From Laetmonice hystrix (Eukaryota): a stretch of 64,000 bases of DNA. The notes below the pieces were generated by a model. It ran no database searches. It saw only the letters and a program-made list of their open reading frames with translations, and had not been told where the DNA came from. The stretch is taken from the NCBI GenBank assembly GCA_965235115.1, contig OZ249448.1:15686001-15750000 (forward strand), given 5' to 3'. Below, in pieces: positions 51,005 through 62,737 of this stretch. The position numbers and the translations under genes are program-made. Numbering within the stretch: the stretch's first letter is position 1; each line of letters starts with the position of its first letter.

Positions 51005-53112
51005 ACGGGGACGAGGCTCACAGACAACCCAAGAGAGGGTTAATCGCTCCCAGATTAACAGAGATAGATAAATGTGGAGCTGAACCACGGCAACATTGAA
51101 GGGCAATGAACCAAGACGAGCAGAGTAGTATCTGTCCAATTAAAACACAAACACTTCCAGAATTCATCATAATTTGAAACTTTATTTCGCAGCCATTCAC
51201 ATTTAAAACCAGAGAAAGCCTAATTTAAACTAGGCTGTTTCTAATCCACAGTTTGTTTCTAAATGCTGATGACTGCCCGACTTAGTCTATAATTCAAAAG
51301 TTTTACAGTTACAGAGATTTTACAGTTAGTAGTTACATACTCAAGATAGGAACCATGTAGCCGAACAGACTTTCGACGAAATTTCTCAATCATATGGAAT
51401 TGTTCCTTTTCGAAACTTTTCTGGTACTTAATGAAATCAGATACTTATTTAAAAAAAATACTAATAGAATTAATTTCGAATTTGATGTTGTGTGATTCAG
51501 TGGTCGAAATATCAAAAACGAAGCAGTAGATGTATTATCCATAAAATAGAGACACATATCGGTAGTGATTTGTAAACAGGCGATGACTTGTGATGAGTGT
51601 ATTGGTTTGTGTGGCAGTAAACCAACCTTTGAACCCATCCGAATCATGCCAGTGGCACAAGGCCGTGAGAGACTACCAAATACCATTAGTGATATTGAAG
51701 GCCCCGCCAACCGTGATCTGCCCAACGTATACACTAGAGTGACCGCTGAGAAAGGTTTGGATCTAAGTTAAACTCAGTGAAAGAGATACGAAAGGAAAGA
51801 AGCGTTCAGTGGATCCGGTTAAAGCTCAAGGTTAAACTCGCTGGAGGTCAGAGAGACTGGTATTTGATGGTGGTTTAGATGGTACACCGCCCAGTGCTGA
51901 CGGTGCAGTACCATGTGCGCAGACCAATAAGACAAGTGGTATCATTCATGACTGGTTTGAAATAATCATGGACGGGACAGTTTGGTTTGGATCCCAGGCG
52001 GGGACATCCATCAATGATTTGGGATATAACAAGGTAAAGGGCCGGTTTCCATATCCTGGCGGCCACAACACCACCGGCTTCCGACTCTGTTATCATACCA
52101 TACTGCTTTATAACTGCTGAAGTTACAAAAAGCAAGCGGTAGCAGCAGTTAGATTAATTAGATTTCTATGCAGGTGGACGGGAGATTAGAGTGATTCATT
52201 CTCAGTGTAGGACGGGGAGAAGGAGGACGAGTAGTGCCGAGTTAGGAGACGGCAGTGAAAGGCAAGGATTGGTTCCCCTGAGATCTCTCAGAGATGGTTG
52301 GAGGGATGTGAAGAGAAGTAAATGAGTGTAATCGTTAACGGCTTCACTAGCCACTCTGCCTGGAGACAGATAGTGAATGGACAACTCCAATATAACCTTC
52401 GCCGGCTGATACGTTTGTGGCGCTAGGATTAAGATTATGGATTAAAGGCGCCAGGCTATAGATAGATCGACTTGGTGTGGCGCCAGCCGCATGCACGACA
52501 CAGCCAGGGTTGAAAATGGCTCAACAGCTCGTCCCCCCGTAACTCTTTTCAGTGTTTGCGCTGAAAATTAATACGCGTCCTGTTTAATTCTTGTCCTTCT
52601 ATAAGGCCAATTCAGGTCTGTCGCCGTTCGTGGTCAGTTACGTGTAGCTTCTCCATTCGTCGAGTGATCGTATGGGCGGCACGGCTGGCTATAAACTAGT
52701 GCCCATTGCTTGGTCTGACTAGACCAGCCAATCAGAAGCGTTCAGCTTAAGCTTAAGAAATATATTGAGTTTTTACGAACTGGGCCCAGGTGTTGGCCAG
52801 TTGTCAGGACAGCAAAGCCCTCCCACGCCCACACCAAGGCCGTAACTCACACTGAGGCGCCTCGTCTCTCATTCCCCAGATTTTGTGTGTGTGTGAGTCT
52901 TCGCCTCGTCAATTTTTAAGGTCTAGTTAATTATTATTACTTTGTACATTTACGATTTCTTTGCAAAATGAGACTTTCCGGTATGTCTTGCATTGATTTC
53001 GAAGCCAAATTGAAATAATTAACCTCTATATCCGTCAGTTGATTTCGTTTCTAGCATTGAGGAGAGATTTTCTTGGGGCGGGGGATTGAGAAGAGAGTTT
53101 ATATGTATTTCA

Positions 53113-54814
53113 GTGAAGGATGGTGGATGATATATCTAGTAACCCTCACAATAGGGTTTCACCGATAGCGGCTGTAGTAACATTAGATGGTGTTGCTGAG
53201 CTTGTGAAGGATGGTGGATGATCTAGTAACCCTGACAATAGGGTTTCACCGATAACGGCTGTAGTAACATTAGATGGTGTTGCTGAGCTTGTGAAGGATG
53301 GTGGATGATCTAGTAACCCTGACAATAGGGTTTCACCGATAGCGGCTGTAGTAACATTAGATGGTGTTGCTGAGCTTGTGAAGGATGGTGGATGACATAT
53401 CTAGTAACCCTGACAATAGGGTTTCACCGATAGCGGCTGAAGTAACATTAGATGGTGTTGCTGAGCTTGTGAAGGATGGTGGATGATTTAGTAACCCTGA
53501 TAATAGGGTTTCACCGATAGCGGCTGTAGTAACATTAGATGGTGTTGCTGAGCTTGTGAATTATGGTGGATGATCTAGTAATCCTGACAATAGGGTTTTA
53601 CCGATAGCGGCTGTACTAACATTAGATGGTGTTGCTGAGCTTGTGAAGGATGGTGGATGATATATCTAGTAACCCTGAAAATAGGGTTTCACCGATAGCG
53701 GCTGTAGTAACATTAGATGGTGTTGCTGAGCTTGTGAAGGATGGTGGATGATATATCTAGTAACCCTGACAATAGGGTTTCACCGATAGCGGCTGTACTA
53801 ACATTAGATGGTGTTGCTGAGCTTGTGAAGGATGGTGGATGATTTAGTAACCCTGACAATAGGGTTTCACCGATAGCGGCTGTAGTAACATTAGATGGTG
53901 TTGCTGAGCTTGTGAAGGATGGTGGATGATATATCTAGTAACCCTCACAATAGGGTTTCACCGATAGCGGCTGTACTAACATTAGATGGTGTTGCTGAGC
54001 TTGTGAAGGATGGTGGATGATATATCTAGTAACCCTCACAATAGGGTTTTTACCGATAGCGGCTGTACTAACATTAGATGGTGTTGCTGAGCTTGTGAAG
54101 GATGGTGGATGATATATCTAGTAACCCTCACAATAGGGTTTTACCGATAGCGGCTGTAGTAACATTAGATGGTGTTGCTGAGCTTGTGAAGGATGGTGGA
54201 TGATATATCTAGTAACCCTGACAATAGGGTTTCACCGATAGCGGCTGTAGTAACATTAGATGGTGTTGCTGAGCTTGTGAAGGATGGCGGATGATATATC
54301 TAGTAACCCTGACAATAGGGTTTCACCGATAGCGGCTGTACTAACATTAGATGGTGTTGCTGAGCTTGTGAAGGATGGTGGATGATATATCTAGTAACCC
54401 TGACAATAGGGTTTCACCGATAGCGGCTGTACTAACATTAGATGGTGTTGCTGAGCTTGTGAAGGATGGTGGATGATATATCTAGTAACCCTGACAATAG
54501 GGTTTCACCGATAGCGGCTGTAGTAACATTAGATGGTGTTGCTGAGCTTGTGAAGGATGGTGGATGATATATCTAGTAACCCTCACAATAGGGTTTCACC
54601 AATAGCGGCTGTAGTAACATTAGATGGTGTTGCTGAGCTTGTGAAGGATGGTGGATGATCTAGTAACCCTGACAATAGGGTTTCACCGATAGCGGCTGTA
54701 GTAACATTAGATGGTGTTGCTGAGCTTGTGAAGGATGGTGGATGATCTAGTAACCCTGACAATAGGGTTTCACCGATAGCGGCTGTAGTAACATTAGATG
54801 GTGTTGCTGAGCTT
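53113..54814. repeat. 91/87-bp minisatellite, 19 copies
   Basis: Unit GTGAAGGATGGTGGATGA(TATA)TCTAGTAACCCTGACAATAGGGTTTCACCGATAGCGGCTGTAGTAACATTAGATGGTGTTGCTGAGCTT. It ends about 205 bp upstream of CNG exon D. Confidence 0.98.
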
Positions 54815-55019
54815 GCACCAGTCACGGTTAGAGATATTGTATTAGGTTACTACAATGACGGTTGCTAGTGTTTATCGTGTTTTTGCAGTGATGCTTGGCC
54901 TTATATTTTATTATTGCAGTGATGATGACCAACATTTTATTGTGTACGTTACAATAACTGCAGTGGTTTGGGAAGGTTATTGGTTTACTACATGTGGATG
55001 ACTATGTTTGTTGTTCCAG

Positions 55020-55108
55020 GATAGTGCTAAGGCTTACATGCGGAACCACAATGTACCCACAGAAATGCAGCGCCGAGTACAGCGCTGGTACGATTATGCA
55101 TGGTCAAG
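55020..55108 (+). CDS. CNG channel exon D (89 nt): C-linker
   Basis: TTTGTTGTTCCAG| then DSAKAYMRNHNVPTEMQRRVQRWYDYAWS(R), then |GTAATG; phase 0 in, phase 2 out. Confidence 0.95.
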
Positions 55109-55659
55109 GTAATGTCATTTTGAACAGGTTCCGTACTCTACGTCAGTTGATTCTTCATGAGAATGGCAGAACATACCACACAATTCAAAGTCCAAGGGTC
55201 ATCATGAAATAACTGAGATTCAAATTGAGCAAAGATTTGTAGATGACAGAAATATCACAGATTAACCCAATTCTACTAGAAGAGGTGGAACATTCATAAA
55301 AAAGGCAGTAATTTAGTAGCTTTAGGTGAATAGCTCCGTAGACATTTGTAATTATTCCTCTGATAATTTAGATGAATCTACTACAGGTATTTTTCTGTTA
55401 TTTATCAGTCAGGATTTCTAATTTAGTTTTTAGCTCTGTCAAACTTATTAAATATTTTGTCACTCAGAACACCACAAGGTACAGAGCAAAAATTGATATG
55501 GATTTTACCGGTGGAATTCCGACTAAAAACGAGTTTTGACAACGGGATTACTGGGACTGACTGTAAAGTATACCAGAGTAACCTGGGCTGACGGCCCAGA
55601 GTAAGGCAGATGACGGTTTGAGAAAGTTAAGAGGCTTCAAGCGTCCTTTTTTTCAGCAG

Positions 55660-55762
55660 GGGTCGAATGAACGGTGGCGGAGACATCAATTCTCTGGGGC
55701 TGCTGCCAGACAAGCTCAAGACGGAACTCGCACTGCACGTCAATCTCGGCACGCTCAAAAAG
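55660..55762 (+). CDS. CNG channel exon E (103 nt): C-linker
   Basis: CCTTTTTTTCAGCAG| then (R)GRMNGGGDINSLGLLPDKLKTELALHVNLGTLKK, then |GTCAGT; phase 2 in, phase 0 out. Confidence 0.95.
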
Positions 55763-55809
55763 GTCAGTACTACCACAGCTCTGCTACCCACTCAACTCAC
55801 ACAAACTGA

Positions 55810-55828
55810 TGACGTCACTGTGACGTCA
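55810..55828. promoter_or_regulatory. Tandem full CRE palindromes
   Basis: TGACGTCA at 55810-55817 and 55821-55828, 47 nt into CNG intron 5. Confidence 0.5.
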
Positions 55829-56865
55829 TTGCGGCACTGACCGGTTTGTTCAAATATAAGTTATCGACTTAGCATGGGGAGCAAGCAAGGTATGTGATCT
55901 CGGATAGCGGAGGAGATGCTATGATAAGGTAATCCTGTCATTAGTTTGTTGAAGGGATAGAACACTGAGGATGTGTCATTGATTTCATGTCTCATTGACG
56001 ATGAAATCGATCACAGCAATTCGGGCTCTGATATAAACCTTTCTTATCATATGGAATCGGCAAATTTAATCCAATATGAGGAACATAAAATAAAACCATG
56101 AATCTTTATGAAAGATAGCGTTTCTCAGACAGCCTTTATATGATGATGATGAACGGTTTTGTTCAAAATATATAATGTGATGGGTAGGTGTAATCTCATT
56201 TGTTTGTTTGGAAGTATGAGATCTAATCTCAGCTATACGCTCAAATATGGTTAATACCAAAACTTAGTTTTAATAAAGGCTGGCCAGAGTTGTCAGACCG
56301 TATAGAAATTACAAAAGCTCTAAGCCACCTGTATAAATACTCTAGTATGTGCACTGTTCGAGGATGTTGAAGAGGACAATAAATTACGCAGAGCTGTTAC
56401 CCATGGCACTTGTCGTGATATAAACGTCGTACCGATCTGAACAGACAGTATGATTGAGTTGGAACTTTAGTTATATACGAGGTCAAGTCACCGTCGGGGA
56501 GTTAGAGAGACAGACTGGTGCTAGGCCACTGATTACACCGATTGGCGAGTCTCCCTAAAACGGGTCCCACTCCAATTTGGCGGCTGCCAGCCGAGTGTCA
56601 CAGTGATACCGTGCAGGTGCCCTCCCTGGGGTTGGCAACATGACCAGTAGGCTGGCTATACGCTGAGCTATAGTGCGGCACCGTAAGTTGGGACCTTGGG
56701 AGGGCATCCAGTTCAACCCCCACTTGAAACTTCAAAAAGTGATATAATATTGTTCTAGGTGATAATAGTGTGGGCAGTTAGTCTTAATATTTATGCAAAC
56801 CCGAATGTTATAAAAATCAATCCTTATTTTATAGTGAGAAACTGGTATTTTAGAGCGCTGCTGCT

Positions 56866-56988
56866 CAAAAACCAGTGCACTGGCCGGGTGTCTTGGGCTG
56901 GTAGAGCCATCAACACGTTCGTTGCCATCGCCTGGGCCAGAGACTGGCCGTCGATAACGTCCTCATAGTCGGCATTGGCTACAATTTT
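56866..56988 (-). pseudogene. Decayed P-element/THAP9-like transposase fragment
   Basis: KIVANADYEDVIDGQSLAQAMATNVLMALPAQDTRPVHWFL aligns by eye with the recalled P-transposase segment K.VG.VD.G.GIDD.SLP.ATEALVFMAV......K.P.GYFL. Confidence 0.4.
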
Positions 56989-58346
56989 ATAGCCTGAGTT
57001 CGATCTGTTTGTGCTTTCATTGTCACGTTTTTGGAAGTTTTCATAACAAGTTTCTATGGTTTCCATAGCTCGAAAGAAATGAAAATTATATGTAATCTGT
57101 CTAATTTCTATACGAGCTCATAGCCTGGAATCTCTACTTTCATTTGCCACCATTCCTGTCCCGATCGACCAACTATGCATACCGCGAGCACACTTTTAAT
57201 CAACTGAGGTATCAAAAACTAAGTTTTTGGGTCCCAATTTGAGGTGCCGCACTGTAGTGCCTGATCTCTCGCTGACTGATCCTAGGCAATCTGGCCAGCA
57301 TATCGGTATTTCTTCATTGATTTCTTCTTTTGTTTCTTTTCGTTCTCTTTCCATTCTTTCACATCTGAAATATTTCGTGGTGATGTTAAAGGAGTTCGAG
57401 GAACCTGTGTGTACTGTAATACCGAAGCGGGGATTCAAACAATACCAATTTCAAATTCTCACTTCTTTGTTACTTCACGCATAGCGCATTTTCCATCTCA
57501 GATATTTTTTAACAGTTTTAAATTACACAACCGAGGTTCGATCGGCTCTGAAACTAGAAAACGGTACTTCCGATTCCAATCAGTTCATTTAGTCAGTTGT
57601 GAGAATACCAGTCATGGAGAAAGGGCTGTAAAAAGTGAAAAGATGGTGGCTATCACATAATCAGCTTGCCAAGGTCCGATCATGTAAATATACTGACCGG
57701 GTCTGTTCAGCGAGCATGCCGCCACAGATCCACCAACAAAAAACCAGAAGAAGTCAACTTGCCGCCATGTCGATAGGCATACGACATGCCGAGCAAACAT
57801 TGAGATGTTGGCGGGACGGTTGACTCCGGTGGACGGGGTAAATACCCCTGACCGCCCAGTCACACCACCTTCCGCCCACAGTCTGATGTGGTGTCAGACA
57901 GAAAACAGCCACTTCTCACTCACCGCATCGATTTCCAATACATTATAGTCAGACTCTGTAACCTTATCTCGCAGCCATTTCATCCCTGTGAATTTTTCCT
58001 ATTTTGGACTTTCTTTGTGAAGTTGACGTTATTTGCGAGGCGGTTCCGGAAGGATTTCAAGCCGTAAGCCAGGCGTGTTTAGTCTGTTACAATTTATTAG
58101 TCGAGATAGAGTCGTGGGTCGGAGCTGTGGGCGTCAGGGGATTCATTATCGTAGAGTCGTAGGCCTATAATGGAATGCATGATCTAATCAGGTTTACTTA
58201 CATCATGGATAGGGTACCCTCCCTCCTAATTAGCTTCTATACAGTGGCGTCAGAGGCGAGGCATACTCTATAATCAGCCTGGGGGTGATACAGGTTAACC
58301 GTACACAGCTAGATGTTACATGTGTCCAGGAAACCCGCCATGACAA

Positions 58347-58789
58347 GTATTATCCGAGCAGTGTCATGACATGTCGTACGTACATATTGCGTGTTTCAGG
58401 ATTATCCGAGCAGTGTCATGACATGTCGTACGTACATATTGCGTGTTTCAGGATTATCCGAGCAGTGTCATGACATGTCGTACGTACATATTGCGTGTTT
58501 GAGGAGAGTATTATCCGAGCAGTGTCATGACATGTCGTACGTACATATTGCGTGTTTCAGGATTATCCGAGCAGTGTCATGACATGTCGTACGTACATAT
58601 TGCGTGTTTCAGGATTATCCGAGCAGTGTCATGACATGTCGTACGTACATATTGCGTGTTTGAGGAGAGTATTATCCGAGCAGTGTCATGACATGTCGTA
58701 CGTACATATTGCGTGTTTGAGGAGAGTATTATCCGAGCAGTGTCATGACATGTCGTACGTACATATTGCGTGTTTGAGGAGAGTATTAT
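58347..58789. repeat. 57/52-bp minisatellite, left block (8 copies plus a partial)
   Basis: Unit TATTATCCGAGCAGTGTCATGACATGTCGTACGTACATATTGCGTGTTTGAGGAGAG; short units end TTTCAGG. Confidence 0.97.
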
Positions 58790-59221
58790 CACAGATTAGC
58801 ATACACAAACAGATTGGAAACGAGATAGGCCGATTTGAAACTTCCGGATTGCGCCCGTGACCACTAGTGACATCTGGCGACGGGTGAGATAAACTACAAT
58901 GCGCCTATGGCAAGTTATGCATGAGCCCGGCTGGGAACGTCCCCGGTCCCATTTTGGACATAGGTTGGTAGCCTAGCGGGAAAATATGGCTACCCTGGGC
59001 ATCCGAGAACCGTATTTTTTTTACACCTGCCACCAAATGCAGGTCATTTGTCAGATATGTTGTCCTAAACCTGTCATGCCATGCTTTTCCTATGGAGGGC
59101 GTTTAGTTTATCTCCTCCGACGCATGGTGTCGCCACTGACAAATCACCGTATTGTGACGCCATCTTTGTTTCACGTCATTACTATGGCCGTTTCCAATCT
59201 GTTTGTGTATGGTAATCTGTG
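58790..59221. mobile_element. Non-autonomous DNA transposon (432 bp), P-superfamily-like, inserted in the minisatellite
   Basis: 33-bp TIR CACAGATTA(G/C)CATACACAAACAGATTGGAAACG with 1 mismatch. GTATTAT is duplicated on both sides (7-bp TSD). Termini are CA...TG. Confidence 0.9.
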
Positions 59222-60243
59222 GTATTATCCCAGCAGTGTCATGACATGTCGTACGTACATATTGCGTGTTTGAGGAGAGTATTATCCCAGCAGTGTCATG
59301 ACATGTCGTACGTACATATTGCGTGTTTGAGGAGAGTATTATCCGAGCAGTGTCATGACATGTCGTACGTACATATTGCGTGTTTGAGGAGAGTATTATC
59401 CGAGCAGTGTCATGACATGTCGTACGTACATATTGCGTGTTTGAGGAGAGTATTATCCGAGCAGTGTCATGACATGTCGTACGTACATATTGCGTGTTTG
59501 AGGATTATCCCAGCAGTGTGATGACATGTCGTACGTACATATTGCGTGTTTGAGGAGAGTATTATTCGAGCGGTGTCATGACATGTCGTACGTACATATT
59601 GCGTGTTTGAGGAGAGTATTATCCGAGCAGTGTCATGACATGTCGTACGTACATATTGCGTGTTTGAGGAGAGTATTATCCGAGCAGTGTCATGACATGT
59701 CGTACGTACATATTGCGTGTTTGAGGAGAGTATTATCCGAGCAGTGTCATGACATGTCGTACGTACATATTGCGTGTTTGAGGATTATCCCAGCAGTGTG
59801 ATGACATGTCGTACGTACATATTGCGTGTTTGAGGAGAGTATTATCCGAGCAGTGTCATGACATGTCGTACGTACATATTGCGTGTTTGAGGAGAGTATT
59901 ATCCGAGCAGTGTCATGACATGTCGTACGTACATATTATTGCGTGTTTGAGGAGAGTATTATCCGAGCAGTGTCATGACATGTCGTACGTACATATTGCG
60001 TGTTTGAGGAGAGTATTATCCGAACAGTGTCATGACATGTCGTACGTACATATTGCGTGTTTGAGGAGAGTATTATCCGAGCAGTGTCATGACATGTCGT
60101 ACGTACATATTGCGTGTTTGAGAAGAGTATTATCCGAGCAGTGTCATGACATGTCGTACGTACATATTGCGTGTTTGAGAAGAGTATTATCCGAGCAGTG
60201 TCATCACATGTCGTACGTACATATTATTGCCTGTTTGAGGAGA
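59222..60243. repeat. 57/52-bp minisatellite, right block (about 18 copies)
   Basis: Same unit as the left block; it produces the MSYVHIACLRRVLSEQCHD ORFs. Confidence 0.97.
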
Positions 60244-60682
60244 CCTTTTGACAGTTATACAGAGACAATGTCCTGGGGACACTAATGAGGTGGCCACCTG
60301 GCGCATGAATATCACCTGGCTGCGCGCGCGTCCCCGAACTTTTTGCATCTGCAGGGGGAAGATTTAGCCGTGATGCTTCGTAGTCTGGTGGCTATAATAG
60401 GGCATTCGAGATTTGACTTGGTCTGTTTTTTGTGTCCCCCCCCCCTCACATCAAGAGTTAGGGATAGGTAGTGATTGTCATTATTTCAAAACTTAAACTC
60501 TTTGAGGGATTCAGAGTTAGTTGGGGATAGGGATAGTGATAGATACAAAACGCAATCCGAGAGGTCGTGCGGCAGGTGGTGGGCGTCCCTCAGGACACAG
60601 TTGAGAGCAGATATCTATGGCGGGTTCACTGAACTCTTGCTGTACATGCCGGGACTTCGTCTCTGGCCGTTGTTCCCAACGT

Positions 60683-60832
60683 CAGTGGCGGATCCAGGGG
60701 GGGGGGAGAATTTGTGGGTTTAAGCTGACTCAGGGTTATCAATTTTAGGTCTTTAGGTCTTACATACATGAAGCCCCCCCCCCCCACCCCCCACCCCTCA
60801 CCCAATAGTTACAAAATCCTGGACACGCCCCT
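60683..60832. mobile_element. hAT-like MITE with G/C homopolymer arms
   Basis: CAGTGGCGGATCCAGG(G)n ... (C)n ... CCTGGACACGCCCCT. Flanks CCCAACGT / CAACAT may be an eroded TSD. Confidence 0.6.
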
Positions 60833-61537
60833 CAACATTTTGTATCTGGATATTAAAGCAAACACCGAGTATCTCTCATTTCAATGACTCCAAAATGCAG
60901 AAATGGGCTGTTAGATAAGGCATTAGACTACATAAATCAATAAATGTATACGCACAGAAATCATCACCCGATGAATTTCAGTGGCTGTTCATGCTAATGC
61001 CAGGTCAACAACCAGCCATGGGACGTTCGCTTCTTGGCGACAATGGGCAACTGAAATGTTGAATGTTAGTAGATTTCTCCATTTGTGTGGGTAAACATTT
61101 ATTGATTTATATAGTCTAAGGCCTTATCTAACCTAACAGCCCATGTCATAAAATAGCAAATACTCGGTGATTGCTTTAATCTAATACGGTATGCGTGCGG
61201 GGTATGTACAGGAAGAAAGTTCTACTCTTATTGTACCAGGCAGAGATACTATATGAATAGAAAATAGAAAATAGATTGAAATGGAAACCAACATGTGGTT
61301 GCGTCACAGGCAGCAATCCCAGCATGTTAACTCAATCACTGTTTATATATGCGACAATTTGCTCTGTGCGAATATTCGAAGTCGTTTCCAGATTTTACAA
61401 ATGACGACACGAGTGATGGCATAACCGTTTATTACATGGTATGATATGTGATGCTGGAGTGAAAAACGTCGTAATATAAGGTATTATTAAATACACAGTA
61501 TCATTGAATGTCGGTCAGATGTGGTACGATTTTTATT

Positions 61538-61704
61538 CAGTGGCGGATCCAGGGGGTTCTGGGGGTGAACCCCCCCCCCTTGGCAACCATATTTTCTTTT
61601 TATCTCAAAAGTTTTTTAATTGACCCTGCAGACCCCCCCCCCCCCCAGCAAATTCTTCCCCCTAACCCCCTCCCCCGCTTACTACAATCCTAGATCCGCC
61701 CCTG
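61538..61704. mobile_element. hAT-like MITE (167 bp), 115 bp upstream of CNG exon F
   Basis: 15-bp TIR CAGTGGCGGATCCAG / CTAGATCCGCCCCTG with 2 mismatches; same terminus as the element at 60683. TSD not preserved. Confidence 0.75.
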
Positions 61705-61819
61705 TTGTTGGAGGACGCTCTCTACACACAGGATTGACATAATGAATGATTGATTGCCACAATGAGTGAGTGAGTGATTGACCTCTCGATGACCGTTCTG
61801 TCTGTGTGTCGTTGTCCAG

Positions 61820-61974
61820 GTGACCATCTTCCAGGAGTGTGAACCCGAGTTTCTCCATGATCTTGTCCTCAAGATGCGCGCCTTCATCTTCACGCCCGGC
61901 GACCTGATCTGTCGGAAGGGTGAGGTCGCCCGGGAGATGTTTATCATTGCTGACGGTCTCCTTGAAGTCATCAG
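61820..61974 (+). CDS. CNG channel exon F (155 nt): CNBD, N-terminal part
   Basis: GTCGTTGTCCAG| then VTIFQECEPEFLHDLVLKMRAFIFTPGDLICRKGEVAREMFIIADGLLEVI(S), then |GTAACA; phase 0 in, phase 2 out. Confidence 0.96.
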
Positions 61975-62650
61975 GTAACATGGCAACTGTTTGGGGTTCA
62001 CATGACAACCCAACTCGAGCATATACAACCAACTCCATGAATAGTCTCAATGAGAGCCTGTAGTTCGGGTTGGATATTCAGCAACGTGCACGCTAAATAA
62101 CTAAACGTAGACAACCAAATCAACAGGCACAGATCTGGGATTTTGTCAAGGGGAGGCGCACCTTTCATTAAAACTACTCTCGAAATTCGTACTTGAAATA
62201 ACAACGTTATTTGAACCAAGGGAACATAATTTATTCAAGCAGCCAAATAATGTAACATGGTCACATTAGAGAGTCTGATGCCGCGGTTTTTGAAGTGAAA
62301 AAACCCTATGCTTGGCCAAGTGAAGGGGGCATGTGCCCTCTGTGCCTTGATTTGTGCCCGATTAATGCAGGATGTTGACGTGATTGGTTCGTGTCTGATT
62401 CCCATTGGCTGAACAAAATTGTGTGGCCATCCACCGCTAGGTGCCGCCACCCAACCGACCTGATCGACATTGATATGGTTCATGTGTCAACAGTCTCAGG
62501 AGACAGCATGTCAGGCGGGATGGCACATTGTAATGAACAACAAATAATTATAATCTAGACAGTTCTCATGATGCCAGGTGTATTTAGAATATTTAAGCTC
62601 AAAGTAATTTGTTTATATCCTCACAACGGTGCTATATTTGATGTTTGCAG

Positions 62651-62737
62651 TGATCAAGGTGAAGTCCTAACTCAGATGACGTCAGGAGATTTTTTTGGTG
62701 AAATCGGCATCCTAAACCTCGATGGCGGTGTCAACAG
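62651..62737 (+). CDS. CNG channel exon G (87 nt): phosphate-binding cassette, first half
   Basis: ATGTTTGCAG| then (S)DQGEVLTQMTSGDFFGEIGILNLDGGVN(R), then |GTCAGA; phase 2 in, phase 2 out. Confidence 0.95.

Noticed and set aside
51680-51750. DLPNVYTRVT resembling a trypsin C-terminal motif
   Set aside because: There is no GDSGGP or other catalytic motif upstream and no splice support; probably chance.
52720-52800. Harbinger-like right end (CGAACTGGGCCC)
   Set aside because: I could not find a matching left TIR, so the element could not be delimited.
54583-54825. Mucin-like Ser/Thr-rich minus-strand ORF
   Set aside because: It is open only across 87-bp units. Most units are 91 bp and shift the frame, and the flanks have stops.
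1408-60243. Regularly spaced repeats as possible CRISPR arrays
   Set aside because: The units are contiguous with no unique spacers, there are no cas genes, and the context is eukaryotic.
1408-60243. Shared GTAC and TGAGT cores across several minisatellite units as a sign of common origin
   Set aside because: Such 4-5-mers are expected by chance in 50-100 bp units, and the units do not otherwise align.
58285-60285. Cys/His-rich MSYVHIACLRRVLSEQCHD ORFs that look metal-binding
   Set aside because: They are a by-product of the 57-bp unit, and the frames are broken by 52-bp units and the transposon insertion.
61682-62050. 122-aa and 112-aa minus-strand ORFs
   Set aside because: They are antisense shadows of CNG exon F.
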